Origin: an uncultured Acidobacteriota bacterium
GTDB lineage: Bacteria; Acidobacteriota; UBA6911; RPQK01; CBDAPI01
DNA length: 64,000 bases
Direction: 5' to 3'
Assembly: GCA_964565865.1 (NCBI GenBank)
Contig: CAZMGM010000010.1
Span: forward strand, 5,897 to 69,896
Positions 30,318 to 40,537 of the stretch are shown here, one piece after another (position 1 is the stretch's first letter; every line of letters begins with the position of its first letter). Both the position numbers and the translations under genes were made by a program. The notes beneath the pieces are model-generated. The model saw only the letters and a list, made by a program, of their open reading frames with translations. It had not been told where the DNA came from and did not search any database.

Positions 30318-30598
30318 AGGAGAGTGCGGTTCCCATGCTACAACAAGCCAGATGCGATGTGAATGCAGAGGCAGGGCGGGGACCCTGTGGGTCACGGCCC
30401 GCAAGAGTGCGCCCAGGGTGTGTCCAGTCGCCTACCAATGATGGGGAAGAACTCGAGAACCTGCGCAATGCACTTAGGCCGTCGCTGTGGAGACGAGTGA
30501 AGAAGGTTATTGGGCTGGAAGCGTTCACTGTTTCTCCCGGTTGAAGGTTGAAAGCTTGGAGTTCAGGAAGGAAGGGGAAAGAGTCGGCTGTCCTCTTT

Positions 30599-31816
30599 TT
30601 AGGCTTTCAGCATGCTCAGAAACTGCTCGTTGCTGGAGGTCTTTTCGATCTTCGCCAGGAGGACTCTGAGGCCGTCCTGGGGGCTCTGACCTGACAGCGC
30701 CCGCCGTACCAGATTGATCTTGTTCTGTACTTCCGGGCTTCTCAGCTTCTCTTCTTTGCGCGTTCCCGATTTCTTGATGTCGATGGCGGGCCAGATACGC
30801 TGTTCTGCCAGGCCACGGTGGAGGACCAGCTCCATGTTGCCCGTGCCTTTGAACTCTTCGAAAATTACATCGTCCATTCGACTCCCCGTATCGATCAGAG
30901 CCGTAGCCACGATGGTCAAGCTGGCCCCGTGCTCGATTTTGCGGGCAGCACCGAAAAACTCGCGAGGCTTTTCCATGGTTCTGGCTCCCAGGCCACCGGA
31001 CAACGTTCTTCCTCGGTCCTTTGTTTGAGAGTTGTAGGCACGAGCGACGCGCGTCAAGCTGTCAAGGAGAATGACCACATCGACCCCGGCTTCAACCAGC
31101 CGCCGGGACCTCTCCAGCACCATCTCCACAACTCGCACGTGTTGAGAAGGGGGCTCATCATTGGAGGAGGAGATGACTTCGGCCTCCACCGAGCGCTTGA
31201 AATCGGTCACTTCTTCCGGCCGCTCATCGACCAGGAGGACGATCAGATGCACATTCGGATGAAACTCAGTAATCACCCCTGCCAGCTTTTTGAGCAGGAT
31301 TGTTTTTCCGGTCCGGGGAGAGGCCACGATCATACTCCGTTGGCCCTTGCCAATGGGAGTGATCAGATCGATGATACGCAGACTGTGATCATTGCCGCGG
31401 TCCACCTCAAAGCGCTCGATGGGGTCTATACAAATCAGCTGGCTGAAGGGAGTGAGCTGTTGAAACTCCTCCGGTGGAATTCCCATTACCGTGTCCACCG
31501 ATCGGAGCCGATGGTTCTTTCTGCCGGCAACGGCCTCTCCCTTGATCTCACAACCGGTTTTCAGGTCGAACTTTCGAATCAGGTCCGGCGGAACAAAGAC
31601 ATCCTGAGCATGGGGGCAGTAACGGTTCTCGGCCAGTCGAAGATAGCCTCGATTGTCGGAGAGGACTTCGAGCACACCCTCTACGGACACCGGCTTTGAG
31701 TTGCCTTCGTGGTGAGGCGTTCCACCATCTCCTCTACGCGGGCGAGAACTCCGCTTGTATCCGTTCTTGCGGCGTCTGCGCCAGCGTGAGCGACCGGGCT
31801 TTTTCTGTACGGCCAT
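30599..31816 (-). CDS. rho: Transcription termination factor Rho, lacking the N-terminal helical domain
   Basis: [46 protein letters not shown]. Confidence 0.93.
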   Translation of the reverse strand: MAVQKKPGRSRWRRRRKNGYKRSSRPRRGDGGTPHHEGNSKPVSVEGVLEVLSDNRGYLRLAENRYCPHAQDVFVPPDLIRKFDLKTGCEIKGEAVAGRKNHRLRSVDTVMGIPPEEFQQLTPFSQLICIDPIERFEVDRGNDHSLRIIDLITPIGKGQRSMIVASPRTGKTILLKKLAGVITEFHPNVHLIVLLVDERPEEVTDFKRSVEAEVISSSNDEPPSQHVRVVEMVLERSRRLVEAGVDVVILLDSLTRVARAYNSQTKDRGRTLSGGLGARTMEKPREFFGAARKIEHGASLTIVATALIDTGSRMDDVIFEEFKGTGNMELVLHRGLAEQRIWPAIDIKKSGTRKEEKLRSPEVQNKINLVRRALSGQSPQDGLRVLLAKIEKTSSNEQFLSMLKA

Positions 31817-32342
31817 AGAAACTGGCCCTTTTCCAGCTCCGACGCGATTGCTGGCGTTTAACGCGCCACGCGAAGGCTGCTGGTTTGGGTTCTCATCGCG
31901 GGGACCCGCAATGTCGCCTCTCTCGTCTTTCCGTTGCCTCGGCCTTCTGCCTGCCGATCATCAAAAGAGGAGGGCTTCCTGCAGCTAACTGAAACTGCTC
32001 TAGAGTTTTTCTACTCCTGAAGGGGAGTTTAGTACAATAGGCACCCTTGAAACAAGTGTTTCGTCCCGGCACGGTCCTACACACAGGCCATTGACTTCCT
32101 GGGAAATCATCTATATCCCGACTGTGGGGACAGGGTGTCCCCGTATCCAAGCTACGTTCGTCTCTTGACATAGCCCTGCTCGAATAGGAGGTATTTGAGG
32201 AAGTCGCGGTGTCTCCGACCTATTGTATGCCCAGGCCGCGGTGATAGCTCCCGCCGATACTCCTGTCACACTGGGGATCTCGAGGTCCTATCCTTCGATT
32301 TCCGACGAGTACCGCAAGAGCGACCGCCTGGTAGGCACTGCG

Positions 32343-32923
32343 GGCAACGCCTACTGTTAGAATCATGCCCAGCGGGAATTTGGCTTGATTCATAGGCTTA
32401 CCGAAACGCTCCTGTGAGGTAATTCCCGAAGACGATTGCATTCTGGCCCATAATCTCGAGCTGAGCCGTTTGAGGGTGGTTGATAAAATAACGCCGATGC
32501 CGGAGTTCTGGGTGTTCCGGCTGTGGGGGGCCCTGGTTCATCTACTTCCCGCCACTCTACTGACCCTCATTCTGATGGTGTCGTGGCTTGGATTTATCGT
32601 CTTCCCGGTACTGTGGCTAAGGAGCAACCCCATGTGAAGGCACTGGGGCCTCCCGGCAGCTGGCCTCTGGCTGCTGATCCTGGTCAGCAGCCAGACTCTG
32701 CTTGGTGGGCAGCAGCAGTGCCGCTCTGGCGCCATGGAGGTCATCGTACTGGCTGAGAGAGAGCATCCGAGCTTTTGGGTCTCCCGGCGGCGGTATTGAG
32801 GTCTTTGTCCTCCACGAAGGAGTGAAAGTACGTATTGATGAGATCCGAGACGACTGGTATGAAATCGGACTGACCGACGGGGATCACGGCTGGGTCCGTT
32901 CGGAAAGCCTGAAGCTAATTTAG
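32343..32923 (+). pseudogene. BatE-like TPR-TM-SH3 protein pseudogene
   Basis: GNAY remnant, HNLELSRLRVVDKITPMPEFW, two TM helices, TGA at 32635, frameshift in GAGAGAGAG (32755-32763), SH3b end LHEGVKVRI...WYEI...GWVRSESL. Confidence 0.75.
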
Positions 32924-33043
32924 TAGTTCAGGGGATCCCGGGTGGGAGGGCTGCCACAGGACGCTTCCAGGCTGCGACAAGTGTCACAGGCGTTGTTGCT
33001 TTTCTGGTTTCGAATCATTTATTTTGGGACCTGGGAAGCATCC

Positions 33044-34117
33044 ATGGTTTCGCCGCGCTTAGAGTTGAATCTGAACCTCACACCCGCCAGGCGCTTCGAC
33101 CTGATCGACGTAAACGAACAGGTCACTGAAGAATTCGGAGATGTCCTCACCAGGTACCGGAAGGCGCTGTACCATTCCTATCACACGACGGCTGGATACT
33201 TCGAACAGAACCTTTGTGAACGACTGGATTACAGTCGGGACATGATCTCCAAGGTAGTTCGCTATTTCCAGACCCTTTTCCCACCGGATGCCGACTATTG
33301 GCATGACTGCCTGGAATTACGGGAGGAACTCAGTGAAGAGCAAAAGCTCATCGAACCTCGCAATGCGGATTCCCATTTGACTTTCATCGGGTCGGGTCTC
33401 ATGAATTGCGTGACCTATGTGAACCAACCGGCAATGCCCGTTTTCTTCGTAGACCTGGACGGCGTTTACAAAACGACAACTCGGCGGCGCCACACGACTG
33501 TGATTGGTTTCAATCGCGAGGAGACGGTCCGGGAACTGTGGCGCGATATCCCTGTGTCGGGCCACCCCATCGATTCTGTGAGCCTACGAGATCCACGCCT
33601 GGGTCTCTTCGAGGAACTGGAGGAACTGATCGACTCTCACGAGGTCGTCAAGGGCAGAGTGGACATTCGCCTAGACGCTGCAGAGTTGCAAACCGGACTC
33701 ACGGTTAATGAATACGAAACACTTCTCATGAAAAATGACCTGGTTGAAGTACTCCGGAACCCGCTGCGGTTCATGGCAGAGACGGGAAGACGCATGATCA
33801 GGGAGCCTCGATTGATTCCCGGAAAAGCTCTCAACTACGCAAAATATGATCTGGTCCAGGTCGTCAATGAGGTGGTCGATGCTCTGGGCCTGACCGAGTC
33901 CTTCGTCGAGCGTATCGTTGACAAGTTTCTGGCTGTGCCTGCGCAGCGTTTCCTGTGGATGAAGCGGTCGCTCAGTCTACTCATTTCCGGTCAGGAAGAA
34001 GATCAGGACAGCTCGATCGTTCATGGGGAGTATCAAAGCCCCATTCTGGTTCAGTGGAATCGCCCCAGCAACGACTCCAGCCGCCGGATCGGAGTCCGTC
34101 TAGTCCGGTTCGTCTAG
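33044..34117 (+). CDS. Hypothetical protein with two YjbQ/UPF0047-like repeats
   Basis: HTTAG, NADSHL, FFVDLDG..RRR in the first half; TGLTVNE, HGEYQSPILVQWN..RR in the second half. Confidence 0.7.
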   Translation: MVSPRLELNLNLTPARRFDLIDVNEQVTEEFGDVLTRYRKALYHSYHTTAGYFEQNLCERLDYSRDMISKVVRYFQTLFPPDADYWHDCLELREELSEEQKLIEPRNADSHLTFIGSGLMNCVTYVNQPAMPVFFVDLDGVYKTTTRRRHTTVIGFNREETVRELWRDIPVSGHPIDSVSLRDPRLGLFEELEELIDSHEVVKGRVDIRLDAAELQTGLTVNEYETLLMKNDLVEVLRNPLRFMAETGRRMIREPRLIPGKALNYAKYDLVQVVNEVVDALGLTESFVERIVDKFLAVPAQRFLWMKRSLSLLISGQEEDQDSSIVHGEYQSPILVQWNRPSNDSSRRIGVRLVRFV

Positions 34118-34217
34118 TCCTGTAAGGCATAAGTTCTGAGCCAGGGGTCAGGGAGTCGTTCGTGATCACACCTGTATCCGGTCGTGCTCCCCACGAACAT
34201 TGTCGTTATTGTTGCAC

Positions 34218-34967
34218 ATGAGTACTAGTCCAAAACGTATGCTGCGCTGGAGCCAGGGACCGGACCTCTCACGACGGTCGACAGAGCGTGAAATCATAGA
34301 CGATCCTGCTCGGATTTCGGAGCAGGAAATGGAGCAGGTCCTCATCGAGCTGGCCCTGGTAAACCGCTGGTTGGGGGGGATTTCCGCCTGTCTGAGGTCC
34401 ATCGCCCTGCTCCTTTCGCGGGAAACCAGGCGGGGCCCCGTTACCGTTGTTGACATCGGCGCGGGTTCGGGAGACATTCTTTGCGCACTGGCCGCTAGAA
34501 CTCAGCGCCAGGGCAATCGTGTGCAGATGTTGGCTATGGACATCAACCCGGTCGCTTGCCGTGTGGCCCAGAAGCGAGTGCGCATCTGGCCGGAGATCGG
34601 CGTAGTGCGTGCAGATGTAGAGAACCTGCCGCTGGTAAAAAAGGGGGTCGACTTCATTCTCTGCTCGACACTTCTGCACCATTTTGATGATCGGCAGTTG
34701 GTGGAAATTCTCACCAGTCTTCGAGAGTCGACTACCACAGCCATCATCATCAATGACCTCCATCGCCACCCCGTAGCCTACTGGGCCAGCCGCCTCCTCG
34801 CTCGTCTTTTTTCGCATTCCAGAGCGGTTCGCAATGACGGGCCTCTTTCCGTGCAAAAGGGCTTTACACGCCGGGAACTTCTCGACTTGCTGGAGTCCGC
34901 TGGATGTCGTGACTTCTGCATCAGGTGGCGGTGGGCCTTCCGGTGGGTGGTGACCATTAGGGAATAG
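34218..34967 (+). CDS. Class I SAM-dependent methyltransferase (type often found beside type III PKS genes)
   Basis: VDIGAGSGD, LHHF, NDLHR, NDGPLSV. Confidence 0.85.
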   Translation: MSTSPKRMLRWSQGPDLSRRSTEREIIDDPARISEQEMEQVLIELALVNRWLGGISACLRSIALLLSRETRRGPVTVVDIGAGSGDILCALAARTQRQGNRVQMLAMDINPVACRVAQKRVRIWPEIGVVRADVENLPLVKKGVDFILCSTLLHHFDDRQLVEILTSLRESTTTAIIINDLHRHPVAYWASRLLARLFSHSRAVRNDGPLSVQKGFTRRELLDLLESAGCRDFCIRWRWAFRWVVTIRE

Positions 34968-35033
34968 AGTGGCGGTTCGGAAGACCCGCGACCGGGATAA
35001 CCCGGCAACTCTGTTCTGGAAGGACAGGAAAGT

Positions 35034-35720
35034 TCAGTCAGTAAGGATCACGAACCACCTGCGCGGTCCGTGAACCCCGACCACCAGCCTTTTTTCAATA
35101 TCCGCGGTGCGACTTGGTCCTGTGGCCCAGGTCAAGAGGCTACTCTCCTCCAGCCGTAGACCGGCATCGATGGCCTGGGTGAGATTATCGACGATGGACC
35201 GCCTGGAAACGAGTGTCAAACGACAGGGGGCCAGTCCGAAGAGCAGCCGGCTGCGCCTTCGACCCGAGCGGAATAGGACAGTTCCCGTCTCGGCGATCGC
35301 AACCTCTGCCGAACCGGCTGACAGGGTAACGCTCTCAACCCGTTCCACAGTTAGTTCAGAGGTTGCCAGCCTGAGGGGAAAGGTGACGCGTGCTTCAGGA
35401 TGATTGCTGAAAACGAGATTCTGTTCCTCGAATGCCTCCGAACTGCGAATGGTGAAAGGGATCGAGTGGGTTTCCAAGGTCTCTCGCTCCTCCCAGACAA
35501 TGACCGAAGTTCCGGCCTTTGCGAGTACTTCAGAGAGGCACTCCTCGAGACTTTTCCGGCGGCTGTCCAGAACAATGCCTTCAGTCTCCGACAAGTGTTG
35601 GGCAAAGACCGCCGCAGGGTCCTCGAAGCGCGGCAACTCCGGAATTCGCTTGGGAAGCCCGGCAGCAGTCCTGCTTCGCAGGGCTGCTCTCAGTTTTTCC
35701 AGGGTCTCAGATCGACTCAC
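35034..35720 (-). CDS. lutC: Lactate utilization protein C (LUD domain)
   Basis: AIAETGT, TGPSRTADIE...GVHGP. Confidence 0.88.
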   Translation of the reverse strand: MSRSETLEKLRAALRSRTAAGLPKRIPELPRFEDPAAVFAQHLSETEGIVLDSRRKSLEECLSEVLAKAGTSVIVWEERETLETHSIPFTIRSSEAFEEQNLVFSNHPEARVTFPLRLATSELTVERVESVTLSAGSAEVAIAETGTVLFRSGRRRSRLLFGLAPCRLTLVSRRSIVDNLTQAIDAGLRLEESSLLTWATGPSRTADIEKRLVVGVHGPRRWFVILTD

Positions 35721-37128
35721 GATCCCTCCGCTTTCGGTAAAGCTCTCGAAAGCTCTCCTGGGAGAAACGCGGCAACTCGCGGCTCCGGCTCCAGTTTCTG
35801 AGAGGTGAAAAAGGCAGCTTCAGGGCCGGCCCGCTGAAGAGCACTCCCTGCAGTCTCCTGGCCCACCGACTCAAGGTCTCGAAGCGCTTGGAGCGGATCA
35901 TGGACCAGGCCCACAGGCGAAACCCGTACCGTTCCAGGGGAAGCCTGGAAGCCGTCGCATCGTGGACGTTCTGAATTCGCTCACGCAACTTCAGAAGTAT
36001 GTGGGGGATCTCAATCTTGACCGGGCAAACGTCTCCGCAGGCTCCACACAGCGAAGAGGCAAATGGATGCTTCAAAGCAGTCTTGTAACTGTGCAGTTGA
36101 GGGGTCAGTATTGCACCTATGGGTCCCTGGTAAGTGGATCCGTACGCATGTCCGCCGATGGTCTCATAGACGGGACAGGCATTCAGGCATGCGCCGCAGC
36201 GGATACAGTTCAAAGTCTGAGAAAGGTAAGGATCCTCCAGGATCCCGCTTCTTCCGTTATCGAGCAAAATCACGTAGAGCTGCTCCGGCCCGTCGGGCTC
36301 ATCCGGGCAGCGCGACCCGTTGATGAAGTGAACGTAGCTGGAAATGGGTTGTCCTGTGGCACTTCGAGTCAGGAGTTTGAGAAAGATGGGCAGATCGGAG
36401 AGCCGAGGGATCACCTTCTCGATGCCCATCAAAGCGATGTGCACTGGAGGGCCCGCCGTGGAAAGAAGAGCATTCCCCTCGTTTTCGACGATGACCAGGG
36501 TTCCGGTCTCTGCGACGGCAAAATTGACTCCGGTGATCCCCACCCCGGCGTTGAGGAACTCCCAGCGGAGCTTCTTTCTGGCCATCGCGGTCAGTTCTTT
36601 CTCGTCCTCCGTGTACGGCATACCTATTTTCTGCTCGAAAAGTTGCGCAACTTCCCGGGCCGAGAAGTTGAGTGCCGGAGCCAACAGGTGAAACGGTTTC
36701 TGACCGGCCAGCTGCACAATGTACTCTCCCAGATCCGTTTCAACCGGTGTGACGTGAGCTTTTTCTAGCTCCTCGTTGAGGTTCACTTCCTCGGTCGTCA
36801 TGCTCTTGCTTTTGACGACCCGAGTCGCCCCTCGCTCGTGTAGCAATTGGACTATGAAATTGACGGCCTCGGAGGAATCTCTGGCCCAGATTACCTTCGC
36901 ACCGGCCCTCTGCAGGGACTGCTCGAGCTGGACCAGATAGTGATCCAGCCGGCTCAGCGCGTTCTTCTTCACCCGGCTCGCGTGGTCTCTCAGTTCTTCC
37001 CAGTTCTCCACGTTCTCAATGGAACTGGCGCGAGCCCGCCGGGAATGTCCGAGTGCGCGCGGGAGGTTCTCCTGCACCTGCTTGTTTTTTAAGGCTTCCG
37101 CAATCTTTAACTCAATTTTCGAACTCAT
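35707..37128 (-). CDS. lutB: Lactate utilization Fe-S protein B
   Basis: KSKSMTTEE, ETDLGEYIVQL, CIRCGACLNACP, SSLCGACGDVCP. Confidence 0.93.
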   Translation of the reverse strand: MSSKIELKIAEALKNKQVQENLPRALGHSRRARASSIENVENWEELRDHASRVKKNALSRLDHYLVQLEQSLQRAGAKVIWARDSSEAVNFIVQLLHERGATRVVKSKSMTTEEVNLNEELEKAHVTPVETDLGEYIVQLAGQKPFHLLAPALNFSAREVAQLFEQKIGMPYTEDEKELTAMARKKLRWEFLNAGVGITGVNFAVAETGTLVIVENEGNALLSTAGPPVHIALMGIEKVIPRLSDLPIFLKLLTRSATGQPISSYVHFINGSRCPDEPDGPEQLYVILLDNGRSGILEDPYLSQTLNCIRCGACLNACPVYETIGGHAYGSTYQGPIGAILTPQLHSYKTALKHPFASSLCGACGDVCPVKIEIPHILLKLRERIQNVHDATASRLPLERYGFRLWAWSMIRSKRFETLSRWARRLQGVLFSGPALKLPFSPLRNWSRSRELPRFSQESFRELYRKRRDRESI

Positions 37129-37136
37129 GGACTTCC

Positions 37137-37856
37137 TCAGAACTGAGCCAGAACCTCGGCAATGTGCATGGCCTGTAGTTCCGATTTCTCACGCTTGATG
37201 AGGCCTTCCAGATGCATCAAACAACTGGCATCCGTAGCGATCACGTACTGGGCTCCAGTCTGTTCGATTGCCCGCAATTTGTTGTCGCCCATCTCGGAAG
37301 AGATCTCAGGGAACTTCACCGAAAAGGTGCCTCCGAAACCACAGCACCTTTCACTACCCTCCATTTCCCGCAGGTCGAGGTCGGCAACTTCACGAAGTAG
37401 TCTTCTGGGGGGGTCCTGAATACCCAGCTCACGCAGCAGGTGGCAGGAGTCGTGATAGGTGGCTCGAGCCTTAAAAGAAGCTCCTGTAGACTCCACTCCC
37501 AGGACGGACACGAGGAAATCAGAAAGCTCCCAGACCCGGGTGGAGACGTCCCGTGCCAGCTCGGAATAGTGGTGGTCGTCGCTCACAATCTTAGGGAGGA
37601 AAACCTTGATCATACTGCAGCACGAACCCGAGGGCGTGACGATCCATTCTTGATCCTGATAGAGATCCAACAGGCCGCAGCCGACCTGTCTGGCTTCCTC
37701 TGTATAACCGGAATTGAAAGCAGGCTGCCCGCAGCAGGTTTGTCTGGAATCAAAGTCGACCTCGACCCCCAGACGCTCCAGGATCCTTACAGCAGAGAGA
37801 CCGACTTGAGGATAGAACTGGTCGACCAGGCAGGTGACAAACAGGGAAACCTTCAT
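37137..37856 (-). CDS. lutA: Lactate utilization CCG-domain protein A
   Basis: TCCGQPAFNSG, HDSCH, CCGFGGTFS. Confidence 0.93.
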   Translation of the reverse strand: MKVSLFVTCLVDQFYPQVGLSAVRILERLGVEVDFDSRQTCCGQPAFNSGYTEEARQVGCGLLDLYQDQEWIVTPSGSCCSMIKVFLPKIVSDDHHYSELARDVSTRVWELSDFLVSVLGVESTGASFKARATYHDSCHLLRELGIQDPPRRLLREVADLDLREMEGSERCCGFGGTFSVKFPEISSEMGDNKLRAIEQTGAQYVIATDASCLMHLEGLIKREKSELQAMHIAEVLAQF

Positions 37857-37888
37857 AAATCACTTCGACGCACAAAGTGCAGGTCCAG

Positions 37889-37951
37889 TTTAAGGTGGAA
37901 GGGTCGACGTGCAAAGTGCAAAGTGCAAAGTTCAACTTTCAAGGTCCAAGG
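37889..37951. repeat. Degenerate heptamer tandem repeat
   Basis: TTTAAGG TGGAAGG GTCGACG TGCAAAG TGCAAAG TGCAAAG TTCAACT TTCAAGG TCCAAGG. Confidence 0.6.
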
Positions 37952-38126
37952 TTCCCATTATGTCCGAGCCCATAATTTACCCCGACAGCCCGTCGTAAGC
38001 ATGGCACGGATTGCCAGTTCGTGGGGTAGGTCCTGGGATAGAGGGTCCCACTCGGCCGTGGAAAGAAACGAACCGTTGATGCTAAACTACGGAGAACTCG
38101 GGCTTTCTTCCGAGTGGAGAAATCGG

Positions 38127-38726
38127 ATGCCTTACTGGATCGGAGCCGCGGTCATTCTGCTGTTAACGTGGTTATTGCTGGGATTCGTTGTGGCTCGACG
38201 AAGCCGCCGGATGCTCTGCATGCTTGTACTGGCAGGCCTACTCGCTCTGATTCCCAGGACCTCCCCGATTCCGGAGACCGTAGCGGCTTCTCTGAATAAC
38301 CCCCCGGGTCCCGCATTAGACCTGTCCGGAGAACTCCTCACGCTGGACGGGAAGAAGGTGTCACTGTCCGACGACACAGGAAAGGTGCTCTTTCTCAACT
38401 TTTGGGCAACCTGGTGCGGCCCTTGCAGAGCCGAAATGCCCGCCATGGAAGCACTGTACGACCTTCTGGGGAAAGACGGCCTCAGCATGGTGGCGGTAAC
38501 CGAAGAGCCAAAGGAGCTGGTAGCTCGCTATCTCGAACGCCATCCGTACCCGTTTCAAATCATGATCGATCCGCGGGGAGAGTTGACCGAGCGGCTCCAG
38601 GTCATCGGGTTGCCAACCACTTTTGTCCTCGACAAGAAGCGTCGCGTCATCTATTCGCATGTCGGCCGGGCGGAGTGGAATTCCCCGCAAGCAGTTGACC
38701 TTTTCCGCGACGCCCTGGAGGAATGA
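38127..38726 (+). CDS. Membrane-anchored TlpA/ResA-like thiol-disulfide oxidoreductase
   Basis: LNFWATWCGPCRAEMP, GLPTT; two N-terminal hydrophobic segments. Confidence 0.88.
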   Translation: MPYWIGAAVILLLTWLLLGFVVARRSRRMLCMLVLAGLLALIPRTSPIPETVAASLNNPPGPALDLSGELLTLDGKKVSLSDDTGKVLFLNFWATWCGPCRAEMPAMEALYDLLGKDGLSMVAVTEEPKELVARYLERHPYPFQIMIDPRGELTERLQVIGLPTTFVLDKKRRVIYSHVGRAEWNSPQAVDLFRDALEE

Positions 38727-40066
38727 GTCCTCCTTTTTTCTTCCGCTGTATCAATTCGGACTGTGGAAGAGAATTCGACGTTCATCTGAACATCTACGAG
38801 TGCCCCGACTGTCACGACCTGCTGGATCTCGTCTACAATTTTCCGGACCTCGATCCTGACGAGCTTAAGGCTACATTTCGAAAGCGCCGTCAATCCTATT
38901 ACCCCCTGGACCAGAGCGGAGTGTGGCGGTTTCGCGAGTTTCTCCCTTTCGAGAAGGGCGACTATGACCTGGCCGTGACGTTCGGAGAAGGGAACAACCC
39001 CGTGGTCGACGCTCCAAGGGCAGCCGAATACATCGGCCTTGACTCGCTCAGCGTGAAACACCTTGGGTGGAACCCGACTGGGTCTTTTAAAGACTACGGG
39101 ATGACGGTAGGGGTGACCCAGGCTCGTAAGCTGGGAGTGAGTGCCGTGGCCTGTGCCTCGACTGGCAACACTTCCTCGTCTATGGCCGCTTATGCGGCCC
39201 GGGCCGGTCTCAAGGCGATCGTATTCATCCCCGAGGGCCAGATTGCTTTTGGGAAACTGGCCCAGACTATGGAGTACGGCGCCGTGACCGTGCAGATTGA
39301 GGGGGATTTCGATGCAGCGATGCAACTGGTTCGGGAGCTTACTTCGTCAACTGGAATCTACCTCCTGAACTCGATCAACCCCTTTCGAGTGGAGGGTCAG
39401 AAGACGGTGGCAATCGAGCTCCTCGATCAGCTCGACTGGCAGGTGCCTGATCGGATTGTCTTACCTGGAGGCAATCTCGGTCACAGCGCTGCCCTGGGAA
39501 AGGCATTTTACGAGTTGCGGCAGCTGGGCTTGATCGATAGCATTCCCAGGCTCACGATTATGCAGGCTTCCGGTGCCTCGCCCCTCCATTCGATGCTGGC
39601 CTCGGGCCTGGAAACACTTCGGCCCTTTACATCGGCCAGAACGCGCGCCACTGCTATCAAAATCGGCAGCCCGGTAAGCTGGAAAAAGGCGCTTCGCTCT
39701 CTGGAGCTTTCTGATGGCTGGTGCGACGCGGTGAACGAACAGGAAATTGCCGATGCGAAAGCGATTCTGGGGCGCGACGGGATTGGTTGTGAACCGGCTT
39801 CCGCAACCACCGTAGCAGGACTCAAGAAGCTTCTGGAAGCCAATCATGAAGAAGACCCCGTGACCATCCACCGGGGGGAGAGGGTAGTGGCCATTCTCAC
39901 GGGACACCAACTCAAGGACCCCGAGTACACTGCGAACTACCATTTCGGAAAACTCGAGCTCGACTCCCGCGACGGTGACTCCCAGGAGATCGAGTCAAAA
40001 TTCTCCAATCCCCCTCTCCGGGTGTCGCCCGATATTGACAAGATACGGGCTTTGCTACAGCTTTAG
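38723..40066 (+). CDS. thrC: Threonine synthase
   Basis: NPTGSFKD (PLP Lys), CASTGNTS, EGQKT, PGGNLG, EPASA. Confidence 0.93.
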   Translation: MSPPFFFRCINSDCGREFDVHLNIYECPDCHDLLDLVYNFPDLDPDELKATFRKRRQSYYPLDQSGVWRFREFLPFEKGDYDLAVTFGEGNNPVVDAPRAAEYIGLDSLSVKHLGWNPTGSFKDYGMTVGVTQARKLGVSAVACASTGNTSSSMAAYAARAGLKAIVFIPEGQIAFGKLAQTMEYGAVTVQIEGDFDAAMQLVRELTSSTGIYLLNSINPFRVEGQKTVAIELLDQLDWQVPDRIVLPGGNLGHSAALGKAFYELRQLGLIDSIPRLTIMQASGASPLHSMLASGLETLRPFTSARTRATAIKIGSPVSWKKALRSLELSDGWCDAVNEQEIADAKAILGRDGIGCEPASATTVAGLKKLLEANHEEDPVTIHRGERVVAILTGHQLKDPEYTANYHFGKLELDSRDGDSQEIESKFSNPPLRVSPDIDKIRALLQL

Positions 40067-40102
40067 TCGCAGTGAGGCGCACTGTGACATAATCTTGTTT
40101 CC

Positions 40103-40486
40103 ATGAGTAAAGAGATCAACCGTGGAATTCAGGTGAAAGTGAAGAGCTTTCACATTCCAGAGCGAAGCCGGCCCGACCAGAACTACTATTTCTTCGCCTA
40201 TCAGGTCACTATCTCCAACCTTGGCTCGAGGACTGCTCAGCTGGTGAGCCGCAAATGGATTATCACGGACGCGGAGGGGCATGTGGAAACCGTCGAGGGG
40301 CTCGGCGTAGTCGGGGAGCAACCGGTTCTCAAGCCCGGGGATTCCTTTCAGTACACCAGCTTCTGCCCTCTCAAGACCCCAGTTGGGTCCATGCATGGAG
40401 AGTACCGAATGGTGGGCGAAGACGAAGAGCAGTTCGAAGCTGAGATTGCTCCCTTCAGCCTGGCCGTTCCCACCGCTGTCAACTGA
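40103..40486 (+). CDS. apaG: ApaG protein
   Basis: YFFAY, RKWIITD, GLGVVGEQP, FQYTS, GSMHGEY. Confidence 0.95.
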   Translation: MSKEINRGIQVKVKSFHIPERSRPDQNYYFFAYQVTISNLGSRTAQLVSRKWIITDAEGHVETVEGLGVVGEQPVLKPGDSFQYTSFCPLKTPVGSMHGEYRMVGEDEEQFEAEIAPFSLAVPTAVN

Positions 40487-40537
40487 TGTAAAAGGGCGCG
40501 TTCGTCTGGCCATTAACGGGACCGGAGCAATAAAACC

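Noticed and set aside
32635-32637. TGA in the BatE-like frame as possible selenocysteine
   Set aside because: The gene has other stops and a frameshift, and there is no redox motif.
37440-38126. Long N-terminal extension of the 428-aa ORF
   Set aside because: It is antisense to lutA and runs through the heptamer repeat; only the TlpA part is credible.
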